From an uncultured delta proteobacterium (GTDB lineage Bacteria > Desulfobacterota > BSN033 > UBA1163), in NCBI GenBank assembly GCA_963708295.1, contig CAVPSJ010000004.1:992001-1056000 (forward strand): a stretch of DNA of 64,000 nt. Reading direction: 5' to 3'. The position numbers were made by a program, and so were the translations under genes. The stretch's first letter is position 1. Every line of letters starts with the position of its first letter. This document shows, piece after piece, positions 26,798-36,946 of this stretch. The notes beneath the pieces are model-generated. The model ran no database searches. It worked only from the letters and a program-made list of their open reading frames with translations, and had not been told where the DNA came from.

Positions 26798-28320
26798 GAC
26801 TTCCAAAGCCTCCGGAAACGGAAGATCTCCAAAAGCCGATAGCCGGTATAGCGGCCCACAAGCACTTGAGCCGCTGCGACGGCAAACAGGAGTTCAGGAT
26901 AGACAAAGAAAGTGAGTTGAAGGGATTCAAATTGAAGAATCTTGTAGGTAATCACCGCAACCCCGGCACTCCCTGCTGCCATCCAGAGTCCTTCCCGAAC
27001 GCCTGACTCCTCTGTAATGACAAAGAAGCGTTCGATCGTCATCGTGAGAATGACAAAGGGGAGTAATCCAACCGCCATGAATTCCCGGAGGTCGAGCTTG
27101 TTTCCGATCAGGGCAAAGCCGGTAATGCAGATGATGACAAACGTCAGGATCACCGACAGCCGCGGGACAAGGAGCAGACGGAGCTTATCAATCCAGCGAC
27201 GGATCGCATATCCGATCAAGACGACTCCCCAGAAGATCCCGAGCCCGTAAGCCAGACCCGTATTTCGAAAAGCGAGGGCCATGAGAACGGGCAAAAAAAT
27301 CCCGAAGGTTGGAAAACCGACGATATTACGCAAGAGGCAAATCATCAGGGCGCCGATCGGAACCAGCATGAGAATGCGGAAAGTAGCCTGAAACTCTTCC
27401 GGCAGGCGAAACAGCGACCAGCGGTCGAGCCATCGATCTGAGCGCATGATGCGCTCGAACCGCATACGCCATTGATTAATGATCTGGCGGCTCAATGTCC
27501 AGCGGATCTGTGAAACTTCTCCGTGGAGTGCGCGGGCAGCGGGGTATCCCCCGGTGGTGAGCGGAAGCAGTGAAACAGGTTTTTGATAAACTTCTCCTTT
27601 CTCGGGATAGAGAGTCTCCCGGTCTTGCCCCGTCCATACTTCGATCCAGGTTACGGTTGTGTTTGTTACGGTCTCAGCGAGCGGCAAGCCCTCGACCACT
27701 TGGGCGGCTAGCCCGGCCGCCCGCAGCAAGACAAGAGAAGCTATGACCCGTCCGTGTTTATTCTGAAAGGCCGACCAGGCCTGGAGTTCTTGCGCATCCG
27801 GGAGCGGGGTTCCCCAGGATCCATTCAGTGCAGCAGCGATGTGTTGGACTCGGTCCGCCGGCGGCAGGGGGGCCCATTTTTCCACCAGACCCCTTGCCAG
27901 CTTCTGCTCCGCCTCCCCGACATTGCTTGGATAGGGCCCAAGCTTAGGCGGTTTGATTTTGAGGAGACGTTCAGGTCTGAACTGGATCGATGAACTGTAT
28001 CGTATGACCTCGCCTCTCGGGTCGATATGCCCGGACCAGACGCCAACCTGGTTTGGTCCGTCACGAAGAAGATTGAAATTGAGTGTCCCAGAGTGGATAT
28101 CCTCGGCAACCACGAGCAGCCCTTTCTGCGTGGAAGGGAGTCCGATCATCACCGTCGTTTCTTTTTCGCCACCCTTGACGTGGGCATCCATAGACAGTTG
28201 CCATACCTTCTCTGGTGCCGCAGGAAAGATGGGATATTTAAGCCAGAGGATACGGTAGCCGATGAGAGCGACGGAGAGGATCAGGAGTGCCACCGCCAGG
28301 AGGAGGGCAGGGCGCTTCAT
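26794..28320 (-). CDS. Inactive transglutaminase fused to a 7TM domain
   Basis: N-terminal TM, transglutaminase-like WIEV segment, C-terminal LRNIVGFPTFGIFLPVL..LLLVPRLS..MTIER..GRYTGYRL. Confidence 0.85.
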   Translation of the reverse strand: MKRPALLLAVALLILSVALIGYRILWLKYPIFPAAPEKVWQLSMDAHVKGGEKETTVMIGLPSTQKGLLVVAEDIHSGTLNFNLLRDGPNQVGVWSGHIDPRGEVIRYSSSIQFRPERLLKIKPPKLGPYPSNVGEAEQKLARGLVEKWAPLPPADRVQHIAAALNGSWGTPLPDAQELQAWSAFQNKHGRVIASLVLLRAAGLAAQVVEGLPLAETVTNTTVTWIEVWTGQDRETLYPEKGEVYQKPVSLLPLTTGGYPAARALHGEVSQIRWTLSRQIINQWRMRFERIMRSDRWLDRWSLFRLPEEFQATFRILMLVPIGALMICLLRNIVGFPTFGIFLPVLMALAFRNTGLAYGLGIFWGVVLIGYAIRRWIDKLRLLLVPRLSVILTFVIICITGFALIGNKLDLREFMAVGLLPFVILTMTIERFFVITEESGVREGLWMAAGSAGVAVITYKILQFESLQLTFFVYPELLFAVAAAQVLVGRYTGYRLLEIFRFRRLWKS

Positions 28321-28853
28321 GGTGAGGGTACCTCCGGACAGCTGGGTGGAAGGCAGTTCGAGTGCATGCAATCAACCACAAATTTATCTCTTAGAACATT
28401 CCGCCCGATAATTAACGGGTAGCTGACAGTTGCGCGGTTGTTCAGAGTGACCTGGGTGCGTATTAACTTCGGACCCATGCAGAAGGTGATCTCTACGACT
28501 GGCCTCCGTTCCCTGAAATCAGCGCTTCGAATTTTCTGCCACTCAATCACCGGTAAGCGCAACTGGAAGCCACCATATTTTTTCGGCAACCTGAACTCAG
28601 CCATGTTATTCTTCACGTTGAGTTCCCTTGCGTCGAGGGAAGAGGTGGCTGCGCCCGTATCAATCCGAGCCGGCAATCTCACGCCCCATGGCATGAGAAC
28701 TACTTCCTCCACCTCTCCAACGGTCATCTTCTCTTCGGCGCTCGCCTCTCCCGCCCGGAGAAGAGGGATAATCAGCAAGAGAAGAAACATCAGGCCTACG
28801 GACAGGCTGACCGAACGTTTTTGAAATGGGTTCTGTCTGCTCACCATCTTCAT
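28317..28853 (-). CDS. Secreted retropepsin-like putative protease (RimB/'ATP-dependent Zn protease' family)
   Basis: Signal peptide; ARIDTGAATSSL; ERRPVV; YPLIIGRN. Confidence 0.82.
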   Translation of the reverse strand: MKMVSRQNPFQKRSVSLSVGLMFLLLLIIPLLRAGEASAEEKMTVGEVEEVVLMPWGVRLPARIDTGAATSSLDARELNVKNNMAEFRLPKKYGGFQLRLPVIEWQKIRSADFRERRPVVEITFCMGPKLIRTQVTLNNRATVSYPLIIGRNVLRDKFVVDCMHSNCLPPSCPEVPSP

Positions 28854-28893
28854 CAGTGGATGGAACCGAGATGTTCCACCGGGGATTCCCCGT

Positions 28894-29388
28894 TCAAGGA
28901 TTGTCGGAGCAATTCGGTTTCGCGGTCCTCCGTCGTTTCACGTCCACAACAAAGTCTTCCTTGAGGAAATTGCGGCCCAAAATCAATGGGTATTTGACCA
29001 TGGAGCGGTCTGCAAGGTTCACCAGGGTGCGGATTCGCTTAGAGCCGAAGCAGATTTCTAACTCCACGATTGGCCTCCGCTCGAGCCCCTCAGGGGTTCG
29101 GACGTGTCGCCAGTCGACAATCGGCAGGCGTAAGTGCAGCCCGCCATACTTTCGAGGCAACTTGAATTCAACCCGATCCTCATGGATCTTAAGCTCCCGC
29201 GCATCGAGCGAGGATTTTGCCGCTCCGGTGTCAATGCGGGCCGGAAGCTGCACCTTCCAGGGCAGGAGAATGACATCCTCTATTGTTCCAATCGTAACTT
29301 TCCCTTCCGCGCTAACCATTTCAGGAATGAACAGAAAAAACGAAACTAAGACCGAGAGCGAGAACAGGCTCAATATTCTGTCCTTCAT
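28894..29388 (-). CDS. Secreted retropepsin-like putative protease, tandem paralog
   Basis: Signal peptide; ARIDTGAAKSSL; ERRPIV; YPLILGRNFL. Confidence 0.82.
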   Translation of the reverse strand: MKDRILSLFSLSVLVSFFLFIPEMVSAEGKVTIGTIEDVILLPWKVQLPARIDTGAAKSSLDARELKIHEDRVEFKLPRKYGGLHLRLPIVDWRHVRTPEGLERRPIVELEICFGSKRIRTLVNLADRSMVKYPLILGRNFLKEDFVVDVKRRRTAKPNCSDNP

Positions 29389-29519
29389 AATGAAATCCCT
29401 TGGGTTTGTTTTTTTCTATCAGAAAGGATATCAAATGTCCATCCCGCAATGTGGACTGACGAAAGACTCTGTTCAAATTATACCAAATTCAATTCGAAGT
29501 GGGTAGTGAAGATTCGTCT

Positions 29520-29640
29520 GCGCCTTCGCCTTGAGCACGATGGAAACGACCTCGGATGCTGCATCAGGTCTTGCCATCCGTTTTACAGCCTGCTGCATTC
29601 TTAACAACCGCTTTTGATCGGCCAGGAGCGTATCGAACCC
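29520..29640 (-). pseudogene. Possible C-terminal fragment of a MurG/MGDG-synthase-type glycosyltransferase
   Basis: DTLLADQKRLLRMQQAVKRMARPDAASEVV resembles GT28 C-terminal helices; no N-terminal part present. Confidence 0.35.
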
Positions 29641-29719
29641 ATGGCTGCAGCCTTGGATAAAACCATCACGGAATTCGGTTTCGGTGAAAAAGGTTCTTTC
29701 ATCTGAGCCTCCTCCGATA

Positions 29720-30472
29720 TCAGTCCTCACTTGATTGGGTAGAAAAGGACGATGGATTGTCTGTTTCTTCACCCAGACCCAGGGCCTTCACCTCCCGGCT
29801 CTCCATCAATGCCGATGCCGACCCCTCTTTGATCACCCGACCATTTCTCAGCAGATATCCCCGGCTGGAAATACTGAGGGAGAGAAGGACTTCCTGCTCC
29901 ACGATGAAGAGTGTAAGTCCGGTCCGGTTCATTTCCCCGAAGAGCGTGAAGATTTCATCCATCAGACGAGGGGCCAATCCTAAAGAAGGCTCATCCAGCA
30001 GGAGAAGCTTGGGGCGGCCCATCATGGCCCTTCCGATGGAGAGCATCTGTTGCTCGCCTCCGCTGAGGGTCCCCGCCCGTTGGTGAGTTCTCTCTTGCAG
30101 GACCGGCAGAAGCTGATAAATCCATTCCAAATCTTTTTCGATGTCCTTCTTTTTCCTTCGGTGTCGGTAGGCGCCCATCATCAGATTGTCGATGACGGAA
30201 AGGGTAGGGAAGATATGACGCCCTTGCGGGACGTGGCCGATCCCTTTGGAGACGATCCTATGGGGACGCAGATTGGTGATGTCCTCCCCTTCGAAGAGGA
30301 TTCTCCCCTCGGTGGTCTTCAGAATTCCGGAGAGGGTGAGCAAGAGGGTCGTCTTTCCCGCTCCATTGGGACCTAAGAGGGAGACGGCCTCTCCCTTTTT
30401 GACCTCCAAGGAAATTTCATATAATGCGGCGAGAGGTCCGTATTGGACGGTCAGTTTTTTTATCTTAAGCAT
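29720..30472 (-). CDS. livF: Branched-chain amino acid ABC transporter ATP-binding protein (LivF-like)
   Basis: GPNGAGKTT, LSGGEQQML, LLDEPSLGLAP. Confidence 0.88.
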   Translation of the reverse strand: MLKIKKLTVQYGPLAALYEISLEVKKGEAVSLLGPNGAGKTTLLLTLSGILKTTEGRILFEGEDITNLRPHRIVSKGIGHVPQGRHIFPTLSVIDNLMMGAYRHRRKKKDIEKDLEWIYQLLPVLQERTHQRAGTLSGGEQQMLSIGRAMMGRPKLLLLDEPSLGLAPRLMDEIFTLFGEMNRTGLTLFIVEQEVLLSLSISSRGYLLRNGRVIKEGSASALMESREVKALGLGEETDNPSSFSTQSSED

Positions 30473-30550
30473 CGGCCTTCCTACATGTTGGTCCCCTGCG
30501 AATGGGATTGTGCGCAAAATCGCACCAAAGTTATTCTCTTCACGCGGATT

Positions 30551-30712
30551 TAAATTCGAAGCACGAAATCCGAATTTCGAAACAATCTCAAAGGACCAAA
30601 TTTCAAATGTTCCAAAGAAGAAGGTTTAGAGATTTTGAATTTCGAAAATTCGCATTTGTTTCGGATTGGTCCGAGACGGACGCTTCGCCCGATATTCGGA
30701 TTTCGGATTTTG
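30551..30712. repeat. AAATCCG-type inverted tandem repeat block
   Basis: aaattcgaagcacgaaatccgaatttcgaaac...gtttcggatt...gatattcggatttcggattt. Confidence 0.65.
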
Positions 30713-31501
30713 TCAACGACACCTACCACCCGTTTCATTCTTGCTACGTCGAGTTAAATATGCCTCGATCACTTGAGAGTCTTTTTTTACCGCCTCCGGT
30801 GTCCCTTCGGCGATCAGTTCCCCATTATGAAGGACCGCAATCTCGTCCGCGATCTCCATCACCATACCCATGTGATGCTCTACGATAAAGACCGTAACCC
30901 CCCCCTGTCTGACCTGTGAGATGTGTTGCGAGAGCTGCTCGATTTCTCCGAGGGTCAGCCCGGAGGCTGGTTCATCTAAAAGGAGAAGTTCCGGCTTCAT
31001 GGCAAGAGCCCGGCCTAACTCAAGGAGCTTTTGTTTACCGTACGGGAGTTGAGAGGCAAGGGATTCCCATTTGCCCAACAGGCCAAGGGAATCGAGAATT
31101 TCCCTGGCTTCCTTCAGGGCTTCTTTTTCCAACCTTCTTATCCGGGGGAGCCAGAGTCCGCAGGACAGGAGCCCTTCCTTAAGCCTCCGGCTCATTCCGG
31201 CCATGATATTTTCCACCACGGTCATGTTTCCCCAAATTTGTAATGTCTGAAACGTTCTCCCTATTCCAAGAATGGATCGCTCATGGGGCTCCATGGAGGT
31301 GATATTTTTTTCTTTGAAAAAGATTTTCCCTGAATCGGGCTTCTCGACGCCGCTGATCAGATGGAAGAGAGTGCTTTTCCCGGCTCCATTGGGTCCGATC
31401 AGTCCCTTGATACTCCCTTTTTCCAGTTTCAGCGAAACCCGGTCCAGAGCCCGTATTCCATCATACTCTTTGATGATCTCCTTAATTGAAAGCAGCGGCA
31501 T
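30713..31501 (-). CDS. livG: Branched-chain amino acid ABC transporter ATP-binding protein (LivG-like)
   Basis: GPNGAGKST, GIGRTFQ, LPYGKQKLLE, LLDEPASGL, VIEAYL. Confidence 0.88.
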   Translation of the reverse strand: MPLLSIKEIIKEYDGIRALDRVSLKLEKGSIKGLIGPNGAGKSTLFHLISGVEKPDSGKIFFKEKNITSMEPHERSILGIGRTFQTLQIWGNMTVVENIMAGMSRRLKEGLLSCGLWLPRIRRLEKEALKEAREILDSLGLLGKWESLASQLPYGKQKLLELGRALAMKPELLLLDEPASGLTLGEIEQLSQHISQVRQGGVTVFIVEHHMGMVMEIADEIAVLHNGELIAEGTPEAVKKDSQVIEAYLTRRSKNETGGRCR

Positions 31502-32595
31502 TAGAGTTTCCCTTTGTCTCTCTTTCTCTTCTTCGCCCAATAACCGATCAGGTAAATGACCCTGACATTCAAGCGGGTTGCAATCCCGTCCGGAAAAAAG
31601 ATGAGCAGCAGGATCAGGATAATGCTGTAGACGGGGAGACTGTATTCCTGGTATTTGCTCAAAGTGTCCATCAGCCAGGTGAGGAGAATGGCTCCGGCGA
31701 TGGGTCCGTAGAGATTTCCCATGCCTCCCAGCATCACCATCATGACGACCAGGATCGTGAATCCGAGGCTAAAGGCTTCGGGACTGGCTGTTGACATGAT
31801 GCAGGCAAAGAGGCTCCCGGCCCATCCGGCAAAGACTGCACCGAGGACAAAAGCCTCCAATTTCGTCTTGGAAACATCAATTCCCACGCTCGAGGCCGCA
31901 TCTTCACTCGCTGCCACAGCCAAAAGGGAACGGCCCACTTTAGACCGGACCAGGTTTTTTGAGAAGATGAATAGACCCGTGACGACTCCCCAGGCGAGAT
32001 AGTACTGTTTAAGATAGGTATCGAAAGAGAACCCCATGACGGAAAACCAGGGAATGCCAAAGATTCCGATGACTCCTCCGGTGAGGGAAGTGGATTCCCG
32101 GACGACGACCAAAAAGATTTCCCCAAACCCCAGTGTCGCCAATGCCAAGAAATAGCCCTTCAGTTTGAGGATGGGTCTGCCGATCAAATGGGCGATCAAG
32201 GCCGCCGAAAGGGCCGAAGCCCAGAAAGCCAGAAAGGTTGGAACGGCATAACGGGTGGTGAGGATGGCTGTGGTATAGGCGCCGATTCCAAAGAAAGCAG
32301 CGTGCCCTAAAGAGATCTGCCCCGCGTATCCCATAAAGAGACTGAGTCCCAACGCCAGGATGGCGTAGATCCCGGCCAATACCATGAGGTGGTGAAAGTG
32401 CGAATCAGACCAGATCAGGGGCGCCAGACAGATCGCCGCAAGATAAAAGATGTCCTTCTTTTTGAAATCTTTCTTATGATAGAGATAGGGATCGGGTGCG
32501 ATGAGCGAGATGAACCACAGGGGCACCAGATAGAAGAGGTCCCGTTTTCTAAACTGGGTTTGTGGCGCTTTCGCTGTTTGAGAAGACACGGTCAT
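31501..32595 (-). CDS. livM: Branched-chain amino acid ABC transporter permease (LivM-like)
   Basis: GYAGQISLGHAAFFGIGAY, LKGYFLALATLGF, GGMGNLYG, FFPDGI. Confidence 0.88.
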   Translation of the reverse strand: MTVSSQTAKAPQTQFRKRDLFYLVPLWFISLIAPDPYLYHKKDFKKKDIFYLAAICLAPLIWSDSHFHHLMVLAGIYAILALGLSLFMGYAGQISLGHAAFFGIGAYTTAILTTRYAVPTFLAFWASALSAALIAHLIGRPILKLKGYFLALATLGFGEIFLVVVRESTSLTGGVIGIFGIPWFSVMGFSFDTYLKQYYLAWGVVTGLFIFSKNLVRSKVGRSLLAVAASEDAASSVGIDVSKTKLEAFVLGAVFAGWAGSLFACIMSTASPEAFSLGFTILVVMMVMLGGMGNLYGPIAGAILLTWLMDTLSKYQEYSLPVYSIILILLLIFFPDGIATRLNVRVIYLIGYWAKKRKRDKGKL

Positions 32596-32730
32596 GTGTA
32601 AAGTTCCAATTTCCAAATCCCAAATTCCAAATAATGTCCAAATCCCAATTTCAAACGACTACCCCTCATTTTTCCCCTCTGCCTCCGGAGACTGTGTTCA
32701 CAATCAACGAAAAACCACATCCGGCGCAAA

Positions 32731-32895
32731 GGCAGGGTAGGCGGCCAGGTGACGAAGCTTTAGAGCGGAAACCTTTTAAGAGTCAATTACCGGGCTGCAA
32801 GCCCTGAAAAAGATTGCATTTGGAACGAGCATGATTACCCATATCTCTATAATGACCGCATTCTAAAGCTGAGGAACCTGACTGTCTACCCTGCC
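32731..32895. repeat. Long imperfect inverted repeat between livH and livM
   Basis: ggcagggtaggcggccaggtgacgaagctttagag vs ttctaaagctgaggaacctgactgtctaccctgcc. Confidence 0.7.
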
Positions 32896-32905
32896 CAAAC
32901 CTTTT

Positions 32906-33796
32906 CTACCATCGGCGGCTGTCGATAAAAGGCGACCCCAAGATCCCTTTGGGTCGGAAATAGAGAATGAGCAATAAAATCACGAAAGCAACCCCATCCT
33001 TGTATCCCGAAGGGATAAAGGCCAGACTTAACGATTCCACAATCCCGAGGGCAAAGCCTCCAAGAATAGCGCCGCTATTCTTACCCCAGCCTCCCAGAAC
33101 GGCGGCGATAAAGCCCTTCAGCCCCAAGAGTGCCCCGGAGCTATAGCTTGTGAAGAAGACGGGGGTGATCAGGATCCCGGCAAAGGCCCCTACTCCGGCG
33201 CTCACTCCGAACGCTAAGAAGACCATGAGGTTTCTTGATATGCCCAGGAGATCGGCCCCGAGGGGGTCGGTTGAACTTGCCTCCATGGCCTTTCCCAATA
33301 AGGTTCGATGCGAGAGGAGATAGAGAAAGATCAGCATTATAAAAGTGGACAACAAGACCCAGAGACTCTGCGGGGAAACAGAGATTTTCGCGATCTGAAG
33401 AGGTCCTTCACTGGAAAAAGGAGGAAGGGTTTTAGGCAGCGTTCCAAAGATAAGTCCACTCGTGCTGCTGAGGAAAATCGAAGCCCCGAGCGTAGCCATG
33501 ATCAGGATGAGAACGGAAGCCTTCCGCAAGGGATAGAGGATTGAAAGATGCATCGCAAAGCCGATCAACACAACCATCAGGATGGCGATCAGAGCGGCTA
33601 AAGGGTAGGGGAGCCTTAAACCATTCAGGAGGAAAAAGGTAAGGACTCCTCCCAACATCACAAACTCCCCCTGGGCGAAATTGATGATTTGGGAAGCCCT
33701 GGAGATGGTCACGAATCCTAAGGCCACCAGGGCATAGATGGCCCCAATCGTGATACCGGAGAAAAGGAGTTGAGGAATGTAGGTCCAAAAGTCCAT
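32906..33796 (-). CDS. livH: Branched-chain amino acid ABC transporter permease (LivH-like)
   Basis: GAIYALVALG, INFAQGEF, KGFIAAVLGG, RPKGILG. Confidence 0.88.
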   Translation of the reverse strand: MDFWTYIPQLLFSGITIGAIYALVALGFVTISRASQIINFAQGEFVMLGGVLTFFLLNGLRLPYPLAALIAILMVVLIGFAMHLSILYPLRKASVLILIMATLGASIFLSSTSGLIFGTLPKTLPPFSSEGPLQIAKISVSPQSLWVLLSTFIMLIFLYLLSHRTLLGKAMEASSTDPLGADLLGISRNLMVFLAFGVSAGVGAFAGILITPVFFTSYSSGALLGLKGFIAAVLGGWGKNSGAILGGFALGIVESLSLAFIPSGYKDGVAFVILLLILYFRPKGILGSPFIDSRRW

Positions 33797-33889
33797 GAAG
33801 TCGACGGGCCACAAAAAAGGGTGAGACTGTTCATGACAGGCTCACCCTTGTGATTTACCATATAACTTACGCTGCCTTCAACTCGAATC

Positions 33890-35077
33890 TCATTCGAGTC
33901 CGGGGAACTTGATGCGCTTAAACTTCCCTCCTTCGATTCGAATGAATACCATGTCCCTTTTGCTTAAACCATCATGGTCGGTGGGGCCGTAATTGTAAAT
34001 TCCATGACACGCCTTAAGGTCCTTCGTTTTTTCAAGGGCATCTCTGAATGTCTCCCGGGTCACCTTTCCCCGGCACCGCTTCAGCGCATCGTAAACGAGG
34101 GCGATCGCATCATGGCCATGGCCCGAGAACTGGTCAATTCCCATGCCGTAACGTTCCTTCATCCGCTTATCGAAATCAAGAATGACGGGCCGGATCGGAT
34201 CATTTTCATCAAGCTGATCAGGCACGACCGGCTTTCCAGCACCAAACTCCACCCCTTCCATGGCTTGTCCGCCCAAGGCAAGAATGAAGCCGAATCCGAA
34301 GCCATGGGTTCCGAGAATGGGAGTCTTGACCCCCAGGGTTCTCAAGTTCTTGCAGACGATCGGGCCGGGTGGACCGGCGGTACAGGCATAGAAGGCGTCC
34401 ACTTCTTCTTTCTCAAGGATCGGTTTGAGTTTGATGAGCTGGGGGGTCATATCGATATCCGTCGGCTGATGGGTTTCCTTGGAGATAATGACTTTCATCC
34501 CCTTTTCCTCACCGAAACGTTTATAAAGCTCAGCCAGGCTTTGGGCCAGCGGCCAGGCACCGTGGAAAACGAGCACCTTTTTGTATTTCCTGGCCAGAGA
34601 AAGGTCGACCAACTTCTGGGAGACGATCGTATCGCTCTGGGCGATATTGAAGGCCCATTTCTGTTTCAGCTTCCGCATCATCGGATTCGATGGGCAGATG
34701 ATGAGGTTGGTGATCTTTTCTCTTTCGGCGATGGCTCTGCTTGCTCCCTGTAAGTTGTCTTCAAACGGACCGATGACGGCCAGGATCTCCTTGTCCCGGG
34801 TAAATTTGGTGATATTCGAAGCCACCCTTCCGACATCGAAACCATTGTCCTCGAAAATCAGCTCGAGAGGATGTCCATCGACGCCGCCTTCCTTGTTGAT
34901 CTTCTCTACCTCGAGCGTCATGGCACCCTTCAGGAGTTTGGTCACCTCGGCCCACGGTCCGCTGAATTCAAGGTTGACTCCGATCTTATAGGGGGATTTC
35001 TCGGCGACGTAAGCCGGAGAAACCCAGACCATGAGAATCGAGGTTAGAATTGATACGAGAAAAACCATCTTTTTCAT
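33890..35077 (-). CDS. ABC transporter substrate-binding protein (LivJ/LivK-type)
   Basis: Signal peptide; YKIG...SGP, INKEGGVDGHPLELIFED; heads the liv operon. Confidence 0.85.
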   Translation of the reverse strand: MKKMVFLVSILTSILMVWVSPAYVAEKSPYKIGVNLEFSGPWAEVTKLLKGAMTLEVEKINKEGGVDGHPLELIFEDNGFDVGRVASNITKFTRDKEILAVIGPFEDNLQGASRAIAEREKITNLIICPSNPMMRKLKQKWAFNIAQSDTIVSQKLVDLSLARKYKKVLVFHGAWPLAQSLAELYKRFGEEKGMKVIISKETHQPTDIDMTPQLIKLKPILEKEEVDAFYACTAGPPGPIVCKNLRTLGVKTPILGTHGFGFGFILALGGQAMEGVEFGAGKPVVPDQLDENDPIRPVILDFDKRMKERYGMGIDQFSGHGHDAIALVYDALKRCRGKVTRETFRDALEKTKDLKACHGIYNYGPTDHDGLSKRDMVFIRIEGGKFKRIKFPGLE

Positions 35078-35102
35078 CGAATAACCTCCTTAAATTTAAG
35101 AG

Positions 35103-36125
35103 CTACAGATATTTCTGGATCAGGATCTCAGCGATCTGGACGGCGTTCAGTGCCGCACCCTTCCGGATATTGTCCGCAACGATCCACATGTTGATGCCGT
35201 TGGGGATCGATTCATCCTCGCGAATCCTTCCGACAAAGGTTTCATCCTTGCCTGCCGCATGGATGGCCAAAGGATATTCGAACTTCTTGGGATCGTCCAC
35301 GACCACGACTCCCGGAGCCTTTGAGAGAATCTTCCTTACCTCGTCCGCTTTCAACTTCTTTTCGGTCTCAATATTGACCGATTCCGAATGGCCGTAAAAG
35401 ACGGGGACCCGGACGGTCGTTGCGGTCACGCGGATCGAATCATCCTCCATGATCTTCTTCGTCTCATTGACCATCTTCATCTCTTCTTTGGTGTAGCCGT
35501 TGTCGAGGAAGACGTCGATGTGGGGAAGACAATTAAAGGCGATTTGATGCGGATAGACCTCTTTCTTGACCTCCTGCTGGTTATAAATCGCAAGGACCTG
35601 GGTTTCCAATTCTTTGATCGCTCGCTTTCCCGTTCCTGAAACCGCCTGGTAGGTGGAGACCACCACTCTCTTGATCCGGGCGGCATCATGAAGAGGCTTC
35701 AGCGCAACCACCATCTGGATGGTTGAGCAGTTGGGGTTGGCGATGATATTCTTTTTCGGGTACTGGGCGATGGCATGGGCGTTGACTTCCGGGACCACCA
35801 GAGGAACTTCAGGGTCCATGCGAAAGGCGCTCGTATTGTCGATCACCACACAGCCTGCCTGTCCGGCAATGGGAGCAAACTTTTCACTGACCGAACCCCC
35901 TGCCGAGAAGAGACCGATATCGACGCCCGCGAAGGAGTTTTCGTCCAACATTTCCGCCGTATAAGACTTCCCTTTAAACTCCAACTTTGTTCCCGCGCCC
36001 CGTGTTGAGGAAAGAAGCTTCAGCTTATCTACTGGAAAGTTTCTCTGCTCCAGAGTGGCAATCATTTCGTTTCCCACCGCACCGGTGGCCCCTACGACAG
36101 CAACGTTATACTTCTGTTTCTTCAT
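35103..36125 (-). CDS. asd: Aspartate-semialdehyde dehydrogenase
   Basis: VVGATGAVG, IANPNCSTIQ, RVPVFYGHSE, DNIRKGAALNAVQIAE. Confidence 0.95.
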   Translation of the reverse strand: MKKQKYNVAVVGATGAVGNEMIATLEQRNFPVDKLKLLSSTRGAGTKLEFKGKSYTAEMLDENSFAGVDIGLFSAGGSVSEKFAPIAGQAGCVVIDNTSAFRMDPEVPLVVPEVNAHAIAQYPKKNIIANPNCSTIQMVVALKPLHDAARIKRVVVSTYQAVSGTGKRAIKELETQVLAIYNQQEVKKEVYPHQIAFNCLPHIDVFLDNGYTKEEMKMVNETKKIMEDDSIRVTATTVRVPVFYGHSESVNIETEKKLKADEVRKILSKAPGVVVVDDPKKFEYPLAIHAAGKDETFVGRIREDESIPNGINMWIVADNIRKGAALNAVQIAEILIQKYL

Positions 36126-36331
36126 ACGATCCTCCAACTTTAAACGAACAGGGATGCTCCTTTCGAACACCCCTGTTCTCTAGATACCGCCTCGTATCTA
36201 CAATTATAAATAGGAGAAAAAAGGGGATGTTGTCAAGAGGGAGATTGATTTCCGGACAACTTTTTTTGGTTCAAGGAATCAAGTCCTTACCTCTTCCGCA
36301 GCGCTCCAGGGAAAAGAATTTTTGGGCAAAA

Positions 36332-36823
36332 CTAGTCCAGATCCAGGTTCACTTTACACTGATTACATTTTACAGCGCCCCGGAAGACTTTATTGCCGCA
36401 TTCAGGACAAATATAGCGGGCTTCTTCATCTTGAATCCATTTTTCAGTACCCACCTCTCGCCAATACGGAATAGCCCGCAAAATAACCTTTTTGCCAACA
36501 GCCATGGGAAAATGTTCAATGTGCTGACAAGGAAATTGATCGCACTGATGGCATCCGGTGTAACCTTTCTCTCGTGTGCAGGCCCTGATCTCACACTGTC
36601 GGCAATGCATAAACTGCTCATCGGATAAGCAGCCGCGGCACTTGATATCTTCTATCGAGAGGTTTTCACTATTGGGAAGAATCCCTTTGCCGGGAACTTT
36701 TCCCCTGTAAAGATTGACTAAAGCCTCCTTGAATTTCTGATTATGATCGCGGTGTGCGATATAGATGGCACAGACTCCGCAATAAAGACCACAAGGAGCA
36801 ATCAAATCCGGATTGATCTTCAT
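36332..36823 (-). CDS. Cys-rich DUF3795-like protein
   Basis: APCGLYCGVC...CRGC...CEIRAC...CHQCDQFPC, plus C-terminal CPECG. Confidence 0.75.
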   Translation of the reverse strand: MKINPDLIAPCGLYCGVCAIYIAHRDHNQKFKEALVNLYRGKVPGKGILPNSENLSIEDIKCRGCLSDEQFMHCRQCEIRACTREKGYTGCHQCDQFPCQHIEHFPMAVGKKVILRAIPYWREVGTEKWIQDEEARYICPECGNKVFRGAVKCNQCKVNLDLD

Positions 36824-36856
36824 AGCGCTAATTCCTCCTGATTTACCATCTTCTCA

Positions 36857-36945
36857 TACTAACGCTATAGAGCCAAGCCGACCGGCCACAGATGCTGACG
36901 AAAAGCACAGAGCTATCGTGGGTCGGCTTCAGTGACTTATAGGGT
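36857..36945 (-). other. Solitary attC-like site
   Basis: Minus strand: ccctataagtcactgaagccgacc...ggtcggcttggctctatagcGTTAGTA directly after the 36947 stop; R'' degenerate. Confidence 0.6.
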
Positions 36946-36946
36946 C

